A DNA stretch of 64,000 nucleotides from Podarcis liolepis (taxonomy: Eukaryota). The DNA lies in NCBI GenBank assembly GCA_965112155.1, contig OZ218106.1; one strand, given 5' to 3'. The position numbers were made by a program, and so were the translations under genes. Of the stretch, positions 1 through 13,800 are shown piece after piece (position 1 is the first letter of the stretch; the number at the start of each line of letters is the position of its first letter). Under the pieces are notes generated by a model. The model did not search any database and had not been told where the DNA came from. It saw nothing but the letters and a program-made list of their open reading frames with translations.

Positions 1-1679
1 CGGTGGTGAGAAAGTCCTCCCCTCCCCTGGGGAAGCCACGGGCCTGGTCTAGTCAGCCCCCCCCCCCTGCATGCCAGGCACCATCTCCTGAATGTCTGGT
101 GGGGGGGGCACTCAGGAGCCCCCTTTGCCTGGGCTGGGACTGGCCTTTGCCTGCCCGCCTCTGACTCGGTCTCTCCTCTCTTCTCTCCATTCCAGGCCTG
201 CTTTGGGCTGAGAGGCTTTTCCTTCGTGTAACAGGTAGGATGATGGGGGACTTCTGCGCACGTGGGGAAGGCAGGTTGGAGGAAAGTTTCCCCCGTCTGA
301 GGCCAAAATGGGAGCCACTGGCATGCGCGAGAAGCCCCCTTTTCCTGTGAGCAAGGCACCTCTCTCCTGGCTGACGACTCTTCTGGCAGCTGGAGGCTCC
401 ATCTACTTGCTGATTAACAAAGAAGCAGATATGCTGGGATTTGGCAGCAGCCCTTCTGCTTTGCCCCCGGGGCGCGCTACATCAGAAACAGTCAGTGTGG
501 GGCAGAGTGTGGGACCAGGAGCTGGGAGACAGGGTGCAAATGCCCACTCAGCTATGAGCCTTGGGGCAGGTACGGTCTCTTAGACTTGCCCCATCTCTCA
601 GGGTTGCTGTGAGGATCGTGTCCCAGGGGGAGAGTCATGCATGCAACCTTTGCTCTTGGGAGGAAAAGTGGTATGTAAATAGGAACAAACTGGGAGGAAG
701 AAGAAGGAAGAGAGAGAGTGAAAGTACAGCGCAAGCCCCATAAGCCAGGACAAGCGGCTTGGGCAGCCCTGGGGAACAGCCTCCCGAGGGGACCTCCCAG
801 GGGCAAGGGCTGGCACCACTTGGCTGGGGCTTTTTTCTGACCTGCTGCGGCTGTGGCCATGGCCTGGACGCCTGCTTGGCAGCAGAGGCCACAGAACTGC
901 AGCAGCCAGACAATAAGTTGGTGGGGAGCACCCCCCCCTCAAATCTTGGGCCTGGCAATCCATCTAGCGCCAGTCCCCTCCCGTGAAACTGGGCACATCT
1001 TCAGTCTGTTGAACTATTACCTTAATCTGCTGGCTTTTGCTCTGCCTTTGATGGTGAGATAAAAGGGTTGCATCTAGCAGCTTGTAAAGGCACATCCAGA
1101 ATATGTTCAGGCAGCTTTTTATTAACCTTCTCTTGGGCTAACTCCAGAATTAGGGCCTGTTGAATAACCCACTAGAAGGCAAATTAGACAGTGCTTCCCT
1201 GAGTCCTGACTAGGCCTTCCACAGAACTGGCCTTCCCGTCCACTGCAAGAGCAAGACCCTCTGGACTTGCGTGGTTGTTGGGAACATGGCCCTTGCCCGG
1301 CTGCCTCATCTTGTTTCGCTGGTCAAGGGTTTGGTCCCCAAGAGTGGCCAGTCGAATGGCCCTGCCAAGCTCACTAACAGGGTGTGAGGCCCATTTCCTA
1401 ACATCTAACCAACCCCTTCCCCCTACCTCCCAGGCCCTGTAGCTGATCCTAAGCATGTATAACTGAAACCCTGTTCCTCTCCTTCCTCTGCTTTCTCCCC
1501 TCTGTCAAGTTTTAAATCATAAGCCCCTTGGGACAGGGACCTGTACTCTGTAAAGTGTCATTCATACTGATGGCACCATATAAACAAACAATCAGAGAGT
1601 TTTAGAGTTGGAAGGGACCCCAAGGGTCATCAAGTCTGACCCTCATTTGCCGGACTCCAGTCTGCAGGAGCCTCACCTG

Positions 1680-2110
1680 TTCTCCAACAATTCCCGAAGA
1701 TTATAGGCAGAGGCTCTGATAGTACACCAGCAAGCTCCTTTCACACCCTTGTGTGCAGCTCATCAGGCCCCGGAGATCTGAATTAATTCAAAATAGCTAG
1801 GTCTTCCCTGACCACCTCTTTCCCTGTCTTAGGCAGCAGCTCCCTCCTTGCGGTGTTTATTCTGTTATCACCAGGTGGGGCTCTGCTCTCGTTTTGGGCG
1901 AAGACACAGGCAAAGTAGGTGTTGACCAGTTCTGCCTTTCCTCTGTCCCCAACAGTATTTCTCCATCTTCTCCACACAGAGGACCTACTACTTGCTTGTT
2001 CTTCCTCTTGCTTTGAACATAGCTGAAAAACCCCGTATTATTTTTAACCTCTCTCGCAGGGTTGAGTGCTCTCTGAGCTTTAAGCTGCCTGACCAGGGAG
2101 AACGGCTAAA
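1680..2110 (-). mobile_element. Decayed CR1 LINE ORF2 fragment
   Basis: Minus-strand translation KAELVNTYFACVF...VREDL..LN..SPGPDE is typical of CR1 ORF2 upstream of the RT domain; boundaries approximate. Confidence 0.7.
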
Positions 2111-2335
2111 TTGCAAAGCGGTTGACAACACAGTTTGCCCGCTGCTGCCTCTGCCCCCCAGCAGTCAAAGGCGCCACCTCTTCCTCCTGCCTCAGGATGC
2201 GCCCCTTTGCTCTTGCAGCCCTGGGTCTCCCTGGCCTGATGCGCTTTGCGTCTTCAGCCAGAGCAAAAGGCTGCAGCTTCTCAAGGCCCTTTTCTCCAGA
2301 ACCCTTTTCTGGAGGACTAAAACATTACAGACATT

Positions 2336-2470
2336 AGTTACAGGTAGGCAGCCGTGTTGGTCTGCCGCAGGTATCTGAAGAAGTGTGCATGCACACGGAA
2401 GCTCATACCAGTAACAAACTTAGTTGGTCTCTAATGTGCTACTGGAAGGGATTTTTTTATTTTGTTTCAT
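2336..2470 (+). mobile_element. Short Penelope-like retroelement terminal fragment with a minimal hammerhead motif
   Basis: Shares GTAGGYAGCCGTGTTGGTCTG, CTGAAGAAGTGTGCATGCACAC and TTAGTTGGTCT..GTGCTACTGGA blocks with the copies at ~50.0 and ~56.0 kb. Near-TSD TTACRGACATT at 2325-2335 / 2471-2481. Confidence 0.7.
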
Positions 2471-4867
2471 TTACGGACATTGTTTATCTAAGCTTTGCAC
2501 AGAGTAGACTTACTGAAAGTAATGGACCTACCTTAGTCACATTCATTAATTTCAGTGGGTCTACTTTGAGTAAAACTTTGTTGACTACCACCCTAGTATT
2601 ATAAGAATGTTATATTATTACCGCACCCTGGTAGCACATTTCTAGTGTTCTCCTAGCCCTGGCCCACTTGTTTTTCTCCCCATGCTTGCTCCCCTCCATC
2701 CCAGGAGCAGCTGCTTCCATGATTCCAGCTCAGCCTTGCCCAGCCAGCCAGGAAGTGAAGTGCTCAGGTCCAGGCCTGGAGCTCCACCCTGCTGCCACGC
2801 TGCCCCCCTCCCTGCCCCGCCACCTGTGCCCTGGAGTCCTTCTTCGTGCTCATTGGTTCGCCTGTCAGCTCAGCACCAGGTGCGCTGAGCAGGCGGTGAC
2901 TGGGTCCCCTCCTCCCTCCTGCTCCCCTCTTGTGCCTCTGACACTCCACTTTCTCTCCACTTTGCTGCTCTCCTTGCGAGGATTCCTGTGGATCCTTCCA
3001 TTTGTGCAGCTAGTGTGTTGAGTAGATGCCTTCGGTTGCCACCCTGTCACCCAGTGTCGCCCAGTCCTTGAGGCACCTCTCTGGGGTGGGGGTGCTGCAT
3101 ATTGGGGGGGGGGGGGAGTTGGTGACTCTCAGGCTCCACTCTCAATCAAGCTCCAAAGCCGCTCAGCCCACCTGCTGCTGCTGCTGCACTGGAGGAAGAG
3201 ATCTCTTTATCGCCTGTGATCTCATTTGACCAGAGTAATAAGAGTCTTCCTTTTGGGATGATGTAGCATCCCCCCCCATAGCTTTCCAGATGGAATGAAG
3301 GATATATAATTGAAGGGCAAGTCCCAGGCTGTAGCCAGGCGGGGGGGGGGGGTGTCTGCGAAGGCAGCCTGTGTTGCTCATGCAAGAGCAGCCCAGGCTG
3401 GCCGCCAGCCCTTCTCTAATGAAGCCACTTAGAATGAGCCTAATCTGGAGTCCCTGCCAAGAATGCCACTCTCTTCCTCCCCTGTCCCTGTGGGGCAGAT
3501 CTGCTCTGCCTCTGCTGCCCTGCCCTGCCTGGGGCTGCAGCCATCCCTTCTCTGCCACTTTAATCAGCCCTGGACAGAGTGACCCCCCCCCCATTTCACC
3601 TGCCTGCGCTTGCCCTGGGGGAATTGCCCTCCTGCAGCAGCGTCTGGCTGACAGGGTCACACCATGCTGCCTGCGCTGCTTTCACGGGGCATAAAGACCA
3701 CTTCTGGAAATGTAGTGGAACTTTAGCACTCAATTCAGGGCTAGTTTTTTCCAGAAAGAAACAATCTGTTTGCAACCCTGTTAATGGGGGAAATCCCGTT
3801 GCTGGGCCTGACTCAAAGTGCTGCTATCACCCTTTAAGGCCCCCAAAGGCTTGAGGCGGGGCAGCTGAAGGGTCAAGGCCCTTTTCTGGATGGGGGGGAA
3901 GGAGAAGGTTCCTTGAGCAAGACTCTCTTCAGTTTTGTGTCCCGTCCCCCCAGCGAGGCTCTCCTGAGGCCCACGCTATAGCCTTTTTCTGCACCAGCTA
4001 AAGACGTTTTCATTTCCTCAGACATGTCATTCTCTTTAGCCTCTTCGGTGCTCGTGAGATCCCACATCCTGATATTGCTCTCTCTGGCCGGCTTGGGGTT
4101 CGTTTGCTTTTAGATTTCACGTTTGTGTTTTATTATTTGGTAGTCTTTTCATTTTTACTGTAAATGGCAGAGAGCCTTTGTTATTGGGCAATGCATCAGT
4201 ATTGCAGGAGAGTAAATAAGCCTTAAGAAGAGAACTTGAGGGGCAGCATGGGGCAAGGAAGGGGTGTTCAGTGCTCCCCCCACAGACGCCTCCCAGAGAT
4301 CCCTGTCAAGCTGGTGAGAAACTGGCTGGCTAGACAAGACTCTCTGAACACAGAGATGAAGCAGAAGCGACAGCCGCCTGCTCTCCACCTTGACTCACAT
4401 TGACTCCTGCTGCCAACTGGGGGCTAGGCCTGCGGTGCCAGGATGTGGCAGCAGCATGGAGGGCCTTGGAATGTGACAGGGATGCCCCACACTCCCCGGA
4501 GTCTCCCTGGGGGCCTTGCCTCCCTAGCAGGAGGAAGGTGGGCTGCCCTCTGTCCCTGAACAAGGAAGCCACTCCCCCCCCTTTGGGGCACAGTCCTCTT
4601 TGTCCCCCACCAGCCTGCCTGCCTCCAGACCCAGAGTTGGCGTGGGCACAGGAAGAAGGCCTGGGAGCTTGGGGGAGGCAGAGAGGGGTGGGCATGGCCG
4701 CAATGGACTGCTTTGCATCTGCTGCCCTCTCCACCCCCTATTTGTTGGTGATGGGGGGTCTTTCCCAGTGGGGGGGGGGGTTTGGTGCTGGTGGGTGAGG
4801 AAAGCACATTCATTCTAGCTCTCCCCTCTTCAGAGGCAGCCGCAAACTCTGTTTCCCTTGGACCACC

Positions 4868-7800
4868 ATGAGTTCTGGACCGCGAGGAGGCAGCAGAGAT
4901 GGCGCTGGCAAAGGCCTGGCTGGAGCTGGGGCCGCCTCTCACTCCTGGCAGCCCCCTCACATCCTGGTGGTGGAGGCCCACCCCTCCCACTGGGCCCAGA
5001 CCTGCCACAAGCTCTGCGATGCCCTGGAAAACGTCTTCTCTCTGGCCTGCAGTCTGGCGGGTCCCCCCCGCATCCCTCTGCTCAGCCTCTACGTGGTCCA
5101 GAGCCAGCAGGAGTGCCTTCTGCCCTTTGTGGTGAGTGAGTGCTGCTGGGGGGCACAGTGAGCAGCTGGGGGGAGGCATCTCTCTGAAGGGGGCATCTCT
5201 GCTGGTCTGTCCATGCAGAGTCCTCGTCCTGCTCCTTGGCTTGCCATCCCAGCACACGCCAGCCATGTTAAAGGGCTCCAAACGCCCACTTTCAAGGGCC
5301 TTGTGTCATGGAGGGCTCCTTTGTGTTTTCTGGAGGGGTGAAATGGAGCAGCTTCAGGCGGCAGCACTTCTGGGCAGAAGGGGCAGCTTGGAAGAAGCTC
5401 ACCTCAGAAATGGTGCTGCAGAGCTGGAAAAGGTCCAGGAAGGGGCAGCCAAAGCGGGAACGGAGCGACTCCCCAAGAAGGAGCAATGGCAGCACTGTGT
5501 GTGTGTGTGTGTGTTAAGTTACAGAAAAGGTGCGTAAAAAGCGACAGAATAGACGTGTGTGCAATGCTGCACTTCCTGGAGAATGTGAGGAGCTTTTTCT
5601 CCCTCTCCAGTGATCCTGAATGGTGGAAGTTTCAGGACAGAGAAAGAAAGTGCTTTTCCATGCAAAGTGTCGTTAGACTATGGAACTCCTTCCCACAGGA
5701 GGCACCAATGGCTTTAAAAGCGGATTAGACAAATGCATGGAGCATAAGGCGATCTGTGGCTCTGCCTCCTCTGTCTGGCGTTGGATGCTTCCGGATGCCC
5801 GCGGCTAGGAGTGCCAGTGGGGGAGCCCTGCTGTTGCGCTCATGTCCTCTTGGGGGCTTCCCTTGCTTGGCCAGTTGGCAGCCAGTGAGAACAGGGCGCT
5901 AGGCTAGGCGGGCCTCCTTGCGCCTGATCCAGCAGCCAGGCACCTCTGAGGGCATTGCCCTGCTCTTGCTACAGACCTCCCCCTCCAGAAAACTCTTCAG
6001 CTGTCCCCAAAGCCAAGAGGACCCCTCATTTCTCTGGAGGAGCTGAGCCTCAGAGAAGCTGGCCACCTTCGTCCCGAGCAGACAAGGCAGTTGTCTCCTT
6101 GCATGGCTCCTGCAGCAGACTCCCAGAGTGCCTGGGCTGGGCTGGGCTGCAGCTCATTCCTGGCCACGCATGTCTAGACTCGGGAGTCTCCTGCCCACAG
6201 AGGGGCTCATTAACTCAGGCTAACGGGCAGCGAAACTGCGCTCAGCACCCTGGCTGTGTCTCTGCCTTGGCCCCCGGCCAGGATGCCCAGGCCAGCCCCA
6301 GCAACAGCCCAAGCAGCTGCATCTCGGGGGGGGGGGGCTTTCCACTGCCCAATGTGTCCCACTTCATGCCCATCCCAGAGACCAGGGGAGCAGGCAGAAA
6401 CTGTGGGCAGAGTGCCTGGCCAGGGCAGGGTCTTCCTCCTGGGAAAGGAGACGAGAAGCAGCTATTTGCCCCCCCCGCCCCACCCCAGGGGTGAGCACCC
6501 CTCACAGGGGAGGCATTGGGCCCTTGCTGAGGCACATCTCCTGCCCACTGTCATTGCAGCCGGTGAGAGGGAGCTTCTTTCGGCTCCAGAGCTGCCTGGC
6601 GGAGCTGCGCGCCTTGCCCTCCGAGGGGGTCTTCCACCTCAAGGAGGACGCCATCGTCCAGGCCGTGCAGGATGGGCTCCAACAGTTCAAGCAGTACACG
6701 GGGCAAGGCATGGCTGGGGCCTCCCTGAGCAGCTCTTCCCTGGAGGTAAGAGGAGGCCAGAAGGGGGAGGCCAGAGGGAGCCCCCCCCCCGTCTGCTGCA
6801 CACCAACTAGCAACTGCCCAATTAGGGAGGAGGGTCGCTGTTTCTCTCCACTTCCATCTCCCCCATCACCTTCCAGCCAGGTTGAGGGTCTTCCACTGCA
6901 GGGGGTTAGACTAGATGATTTTCGGTGTCCTTATGAGATTTCTGCCCAAACACCTTTCCCCAAGCAGAAGCTGGCACAGAGGCACTAATAATAATAAGGG
7001 TAGTGGGCAGGAGCCTCTGGTGCCCTCCAGGGCCACATCCATTCCTGAGTTGCCCCCTCTCTGCCTGCCTCTGCTGCAGCCTCCAGCAAGACGAGGAGGC
7101 CTTGCAAACCCACCTCTGCCATCCAGCAGGCAGTACAAGGAGCTCTGCAAAGCACCAGTTTGCATGGAGAGAGCAAGTTGATTCCTTGCACAGAATCCCG
7201 CATTGCAGGGGCCAGAATCCGGGGAGCGGCAGATTCCCTCTCGTGTGTCCCATTACTGCCAGGGATGTTCATGGCAGAGGGGCACTAGGAAGCCTGGGCA
7301 GGTGGTTGGTGGCACTGCCATCTGCTGCTTCAAGAAGCTCAGGGCACATGTCCATCTATCCCTCCCCAAATTTATCCACTCAGCATCCTGGTGAGGCGCG
7401 TTGAACTGGACCAAGGTCACCCAGTGAGGTTCCTGGCTGAGCAGGGATCTGAAGCGCCCCCACCCCTCCCCTCTGGGCTCCCCTCTGAGTCGCCGGCAGC
7501 CATGTGGCTTCTCTTCCAGATGACCATCCTGACTGGCCAGCCCAGCGCCAAGGTGGCCAAGCAGCTGGAGGCTGGGCTGCAGGGCATTGACCTGGTCAGC
7601 CTCCGCCAGCTGCAGGTGGTGGAGGTCTCCACAAGGGGGCTGCAGGAGGCGCCTGAGGCTGCGGCGGAGGACGGAGAGGGAGCCACCCCCAGCAGCAGCA
7701 GCGGCAGCCGTGGGGGTAAGTGCCCCCCAACCTGTGGCATTTCAAATGACGCTTCCAAGCGGCCCCTCGCCTCCTCCTCTGGTGTCTGCTCCAGAGCAAG

Positions 7801-10800
7801 CGCCATTCATGAAAGGGAACTCGCTGCTCAAGGCTTCTGCCTCTGATTGGCGGTGAATGGCTGGCAAAGTGCCCCCTAAGTGCACAGGAAGTCAGTTTCT
7901 GTTCCCTGCGGGGCAGTGGGGAAGGAGGCGTTAATTCCTTGGGTCCTCTCATGGGTTTTTACATTTTCTTCTTTGGCTTTTACAGCACATTAAAATAAAA
8001 TAAAGACAATGAAAGGATGCCACCAATTGAAGCCCACCCCGACCAGGTGGGGAGGAGAAATGAACAGAAGAGGCTTGCCAGAGACCTGCGCTGGGACCTC
8101 CCAGGCTGCTCAGTTTTAGCAGAGAGCAGCAGCTGGAGAGGAACCAGTTGAATCTGGCTGGATTAGGAGGAACTTCGGTAATTGCGCTTGAGTGTCACCT
8201 AAAAGGGTGACCCTCAGGGCAGAGACGGGCTTCCCGGGGCATCCACGGCTGCTCTTTGCTGAGACTTGGAGAGTCGGGAGATCCAGGCGCAGATCTTGGT
8301 GCTCAGTGAATAATTCATGCCTCATCCCAAGCTCAGCTGAGGAGGAAGCACTTAGAGGCGGAGGAAGCCGCTTGGCCCAAAGGGGGAAACCTCTAATTAA
8401 AGGCGCGAGAGCCCAGGAAAGCCTCTGCGGCACTTGGCCTGCCCCCTCTGGGCTGGCTGGCGCTGGCGCTGGATTTTAAGTGGGGGGAAATCACCACAAG
8501 TCAGATCTTGGGGGGAAAGGCAGGAAACTGGCGCACAGCTGTGGGTTGGCACCAGCAGCGCCTGAAAGGGAGCCGGCAGGAGCCTCGGGAGGGCAAGAGC
8601 CAGGGCAGCTCTTTCTGCCCTTTGTGCAACCATCACACTGCCGGGTGCAAAGAGATCGTGAGAGGGCCGTGGGCCAGACAGGCCCCAGCAGAGGTGACCT
8701 GACTTGATGTGGAGAGACAAACGCACTCCCCACCCCAAGTCACCCTTTGGCCAGGCCGGCTGGCGGAAGCCCTTCTCTGGGGAAAGCCAGAGAAACCGCT
8801 GGGGACTTGTTGCTTTCAGTCTCACCCCAGATGCAGAAGGGAAAGCAGTGAAAGGGGCCCAGCCTTGGTGTGTGGCTGGGCTGTGCAATGGGTCTGCTTC
8901 CTCCCCTCCCGTTCGGAGGTCTCTTGCCTTGATCCACCTGGGGCTCTTGAGGAGCTGGAGTGTGGCTCCCTGACCGGACTGGGGCAGAGCTCTGCTGGAT
9001 CAGAACCAAGGCCCGGCCAGTCTGCCCAGCCCCCCACCCTGGCCCCCCAGATGCCCCTGGGAAGCCCCACAAAGTTCAGAGTGCCCCTGGTGCTGGAGGC
9101 ACCAAGTAGCAGATTCCAGGCTAGGGCTCCTAGGAAGGGAAGGGAAAAGAGACCCTCAATATCACAATGCACAGCCTCAGGAACGCCTTGCTGCAGCCGC
9201 CAGGATTTTTAGCAATGGCCTTCTGCTGCCCCCTAGTGGGCACGGCCACCCTGTCTCTGCCCTCGCTTGGGCTGCCGGCTCTTCCCTTTGCAAGGTGGCT
9301 GCCCCCTGGCTGGGCGCTGGAGGGCTGTGTGCCCCCTGCCTCCTCAGTGGGGCTGCTGGGGAGGGACAGATGGTGGCCTCTGTTCTTCTTAATCCAGAGC
9401 CGCCTCCTTCTCAGGCGCAGATTTTGGCCCCCACCCCCTGCTGGCCTGATCCCCCTGCTCAGCCCGGATTAAGCCAGCCACCCGCCTTGAGCTGTGACTG
9501 GTCCTCTCTCTGTTGCTAACCAGGCAGGCAGGATTCCCACTTCTCCTTTCTCACAGCCACCGACTTAGGGCTCTGCTTCCAGAGAGGGACAGGCTTCCTG
9601 CAGGGAGAGACCCCAGCCCCTGCTGGGTGCCTGTTTCTGAGCAGCAGTGGCCGGATCCGTGGCCCTCGTCGTCTTGTATTCCTGCAGCAGCAGCTGGTGG
9701 GCCTCCTGCCCCCAGTGCCCAGGGGGTCTCTGCACTGGGGGACGAGGTGGGACAAGGTCACCCTGGTCCCAGAGATCACCATCACCTCTGCTGGAGACTT
9801 CCCTCCTGCAAGGAGCTTCCCCAGCAGAGAGGCGAGTCCCAGGCAGGGTCTCTGCTGGACTTGACATTGTCTTTAGATACACAGTGGTCTTAGGTGTTCT
9901 TCTTGTCATGTGAAACCACTTCAAGGTGCTTCCTAAATGTTTTGCATCTGTGCTTGGCCTACTCTGGGCAGTTCCTCTTGTCCCCCTCAGAAAAGATAGA
10001 GTAGAGCTGCAATAAGAGACAACATTTGGCCCGGAAGAGGGCAGCCACCGCGATCCATGGGCTGGAGTGACCCTCCTACGAGGAGAGGGCTGGCCAGGGC
10101 TCTGCTCTGCCTTTACCCTCGGAGACAGCCAGGCCTGTGAATGCCAGAAAGCCCAGGAGGGCAGAGTCCTGCTCTTGCGCCCAGGTCCCTTGGGGCATCC
10201 CCTTGGCCCCTGCGAGAACAGGGTGCTGGACTAGATGGGCACGGGCCTGATCCAGCGGGCTCTTCTCATGTTCGTAGGAGGAGGCGTTACAATATTCGGG
10301 GCTTTTTGTTCAGAAAAATAGTAAGGGGAGGAGGGGGACAGGATAGCGTATAGGAGGGTACCTGGTGCGGAGAAAGTGGAGCGAGAGCGTTTCACAAGGC
10401 TGGAACCTCCAAGGAAGCTGGAGGCTGGGAGGCTCAGGACACGAAGCACAGATTTGGCCCCCAGAAGAGGCGGAGACGGCAGCCACCAAGTGGGGTGACT
10501 TAGAACGCAGGCAGCTCATGCCCTGGAGGATGGGCCTCGGTTGGGTGGCACAGGGTGGGCTGGCCAGGCTGGCAGCTCCTTTCCTCCGGAGGCCTGGGAG
10601 TGGGGCACTCAAAGGACACGCTGACCCTCCAGGAGCCCCAGACTTTGCAGCTGTGGGCATCGGGGGGGGGCTGCTCTAAGGGAGCTGTCTCTTTGTTCTG
10701 GGGGGTGGCAGGAACTTGTTGGGATGCCCAGGCCGAGCCATTGTCGGGGGGGGGGATACCCAGGCATGTGCAGATGGGGCTCCCTTCCTCTCCCTGCAGA

Positions 10801-13800
10801 GAGCGCTGTGACCCTGGGCGCAGTCCTTGACCTCCAGACCGTGGAGAATGATGTGGTGGCCCTGGAGACCTTCTTCAAGGGCTGGTTCCACGACCACAGC
10901 CCAGACCAGGAGCACCTCCACCTCCTCCTGCCCGCTGGAGCGCTCTGCCCCCCTACTGCAGCCCAGAGCTGCCCAGGTAAGGGTGAGCCAATGGGATTCC
11001 TGTGTTGCTTCTTCACCCAGACCGAAAGCTTCCTCTTCAGGGAGTCTCTCCAACTTTACGATTCCCTGCTTCTGTGAGCCTGCTGACACCACACTCAGCA
11101 CCTACCCTTTGAGACCCCTTGCTGTTGTGGGAGAGAGACGGGTGCTCTCGTCTCTTGCCAGGGCAGTCTCTCCAAGGGGTTCCCATGGGGTAGCGGGGTC
11201 TTCTGCCCTGGACATCGGCCCAAAGACACAAACCTGACCTCTCCAGTCCTTGGCACAGCCCTCGCCCTCTGCCCTGAGATTCATCCTGGGCAGGCAGTGC
11301 TGCCTGCTCTGGCTGGCAGTGGCTCTGGGTCCTTGGCAGCTGGAGGGGTCCCCAGCTGCCATGGCTTGGCAGAAGCATGCCCTGCGCCCCCTTAGCCCTG
11401 CTGCCTTCTGCCCTTGCAGTGTGCGTGAAATGCGATGCCCAGGAGAGGCTCCTCAACCCCACTCTGCTTACTTCCGCCTGCGGAGATGGCCCCACCGCAC
11501 AACGGGAGGATGCCAGTGGCCCCTTCTGGATGGCAGCTGGCCCAGGCCTGGTGCCACGCAAGCTCCGCATCCTCAGGTACCTGCCCAGGAGCCACCTGAG
11601 CGGGGCGGGGGGGGGGGAGACACACTGGGAGCGCCCCCAAGGGCCCCTTTGAGAAGAGGGCCGGCCTGCCGTGCCCCTCAGCCCTTCCCCAGTTCCCAGA
11701 TTCCAATGGGAAAATTGTGCTGTGGCCACGTCAGCTGCCCTGGGAGCCCTGTCCCATGTTCAAGAGGTGTGACTGCAGTGAGAAGCACTCTGTCCATGCT
11801 TAGATGCACTCTTAACCCCAAAAGGGGCTCTTGTTAAAACTCAGGAAATCTGGCTTTGGCCCCTCACTCTCTGGGCTACAGGACCTTTTGGCCAAAGGGC
11901 CCCTCAGGTGGGGGGGGGCAGGGCAGCTGCTGTGCTGGAGCCACTGTGCTTCTCTGCCGCTGTCCTTCCCCCCCGCGCTTCCTGTTCTGGGCCGGCTGCT
12001 CCCTTCCCCTGAACCTGCTCTGGCTTGCCTGGCTCAGGGGCGCTTGAGGAGGACAAGCAGCAGCCCCCACTGGCTTCCACAATTGCAGACAGCCGGGGGG
12101 GGGGATCCTCCTCCCTTGGGAGAGCCTGAGGCAGAAGACGCAACACAAAGCCTGAAAAATAGCAACAAACAAATGGCTGCTTGGAGGAAGCCCAGCAAGG
12201 CTGTTCCTGACTGAAGGAAGGAGACCCCAACTCACCCACCCACCCACCCACCCACTTCCTGTTTTGCCTTTTTAAATGCAGCCTCTTCCCTGCTCCCCAC
12301 TTCCCATCTGCATGGGGGGAGGGGGCCAAGTGCCCCCACCAACGTGGACAGAGTGTGTCAGGAGGTGCAGCCACAGATCGCGAGGCTCTGGCAGGCCAGG
12401 AAGCCCCCCCCCCTCGCTCCCCTTGCAGGAGCACCTTAAGAGCTCTCCTTCTCCCCTCCCCCCCCCGGGCATGGGCAGGTGGACAAAGGGGGCAGAGGAG
12501 TGGGTGTCATAGAAGACCTCGGAACCACACTGGGCAAGTCTCAGGCCTATCAAGTGGCCTGGTTTTTTGTCTGCTGATGTAACCCCAGTTGGTGGCAAGC
12601 TGTGCATTGCAGGGTGGGAGGGAGTGCACTGCTTGCAAAAGTGCCATGGCAGGGCAGAGGCTGGTTGGCGCTCTGCTTGGGAACAGCCACACCCCCACTC
12701 CACCCCCAGCCGCTCAGCACAGAGCCCCCCCCCCCCCGGGAGCTGCCAGGCAGGCAAGCAGCTGACAGGCACACAAACAGCAAGACCAGCTTCCCCTTCT
12801 TGGCTGTTCTCGCACTTGCTGACAGCCAGGCTGCTGCAGGTTCCCCTTTGGCGCAGGACATCCTGCCAGGAAATGCAGACTGCTTTGCAGAAATGGTCCC
12901 TCTGAGAAGCCCTCTCCCTTCCCATTCTTCTTGCGAGCCTGCAGGGTCCAGCCAGTGGCTTCTCCAGCCCAGAATCCTGATGCCCCCAAGGGCAGCTCCC
13001 CTCCTGGGGCTCCCAGCCCCTGGGAATCAGAGGCACGGCTGCCTGGGGCCCCGGAGGCAGACCAAAGCCCTTGGGCCCAGGACTAGGCTCATCCTTTGGT
13101 TAGCCTTCCAAGCTGGTGGCCATCCCTGCCTCCTGAGGGAGGGAGTTCCACTGGTGAACTCTGCTCTGCATGAAGAAGTTCCTTTTATCTGTCCAGAGTC
13201 TTCCAACGTTCAGCTTTCTGCCATGTCCACCAACTCCATGGTTTTCAGAGAGGAAATCTTTCCTCCATCCACTCTCTCCATGCCAAGCATTGCTTTATAC
13301 ACTTTGATGCTGTCTAAAACTTGCCTTTTCTGCAAACTAAAAAGCTGCACATGCGGCAACCTTCCTCCAGTGGGGAGTCACTTGCCCCTAGATCATTCCC
13401 AGTCCTGGGGGGCCCTGGGTGCTGCCTGGGAGCTGGAGGCAGGCTCTGCCCCTCCCCCCCCGACCAAGGCCCTGCCCCCGTCTCTTGCAGGGCCCTGGAG
13501 GCCAAAGGCCTGTGCACCTCGCTGCTCTATGGGCTGCCTCTGGTCATCCGGCCCACAAGCTGCTGGCGGATGAACTGGGACGAACTGGAGGCCAACCAGC
13601 AACTCTTCCGGGCCCTCTGCCACTGTCTGTGGGTGAGTTGGGGTGGAGGGTGCAGAGTCGCAAGGACCTGAGTTATGGGGGGGGGAGGTTCCACGCCTGC
13701 AGGGCTAAGCCATAGGGACCCCCGCCATGTGACGGGGCCTGCCTTCAGGAGAGGGCACCCCCTTCTCCCTGGCACAGGGTCCCTGGGAAAGAGGAAGGAG

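Noticed and set aside
12272-13573. 254-aa and 323-aa ORFs in M1AP intron 5
   Set aside because: No recognisable domain; they run through a CR1-like remnant and GC-rich intron sequence.
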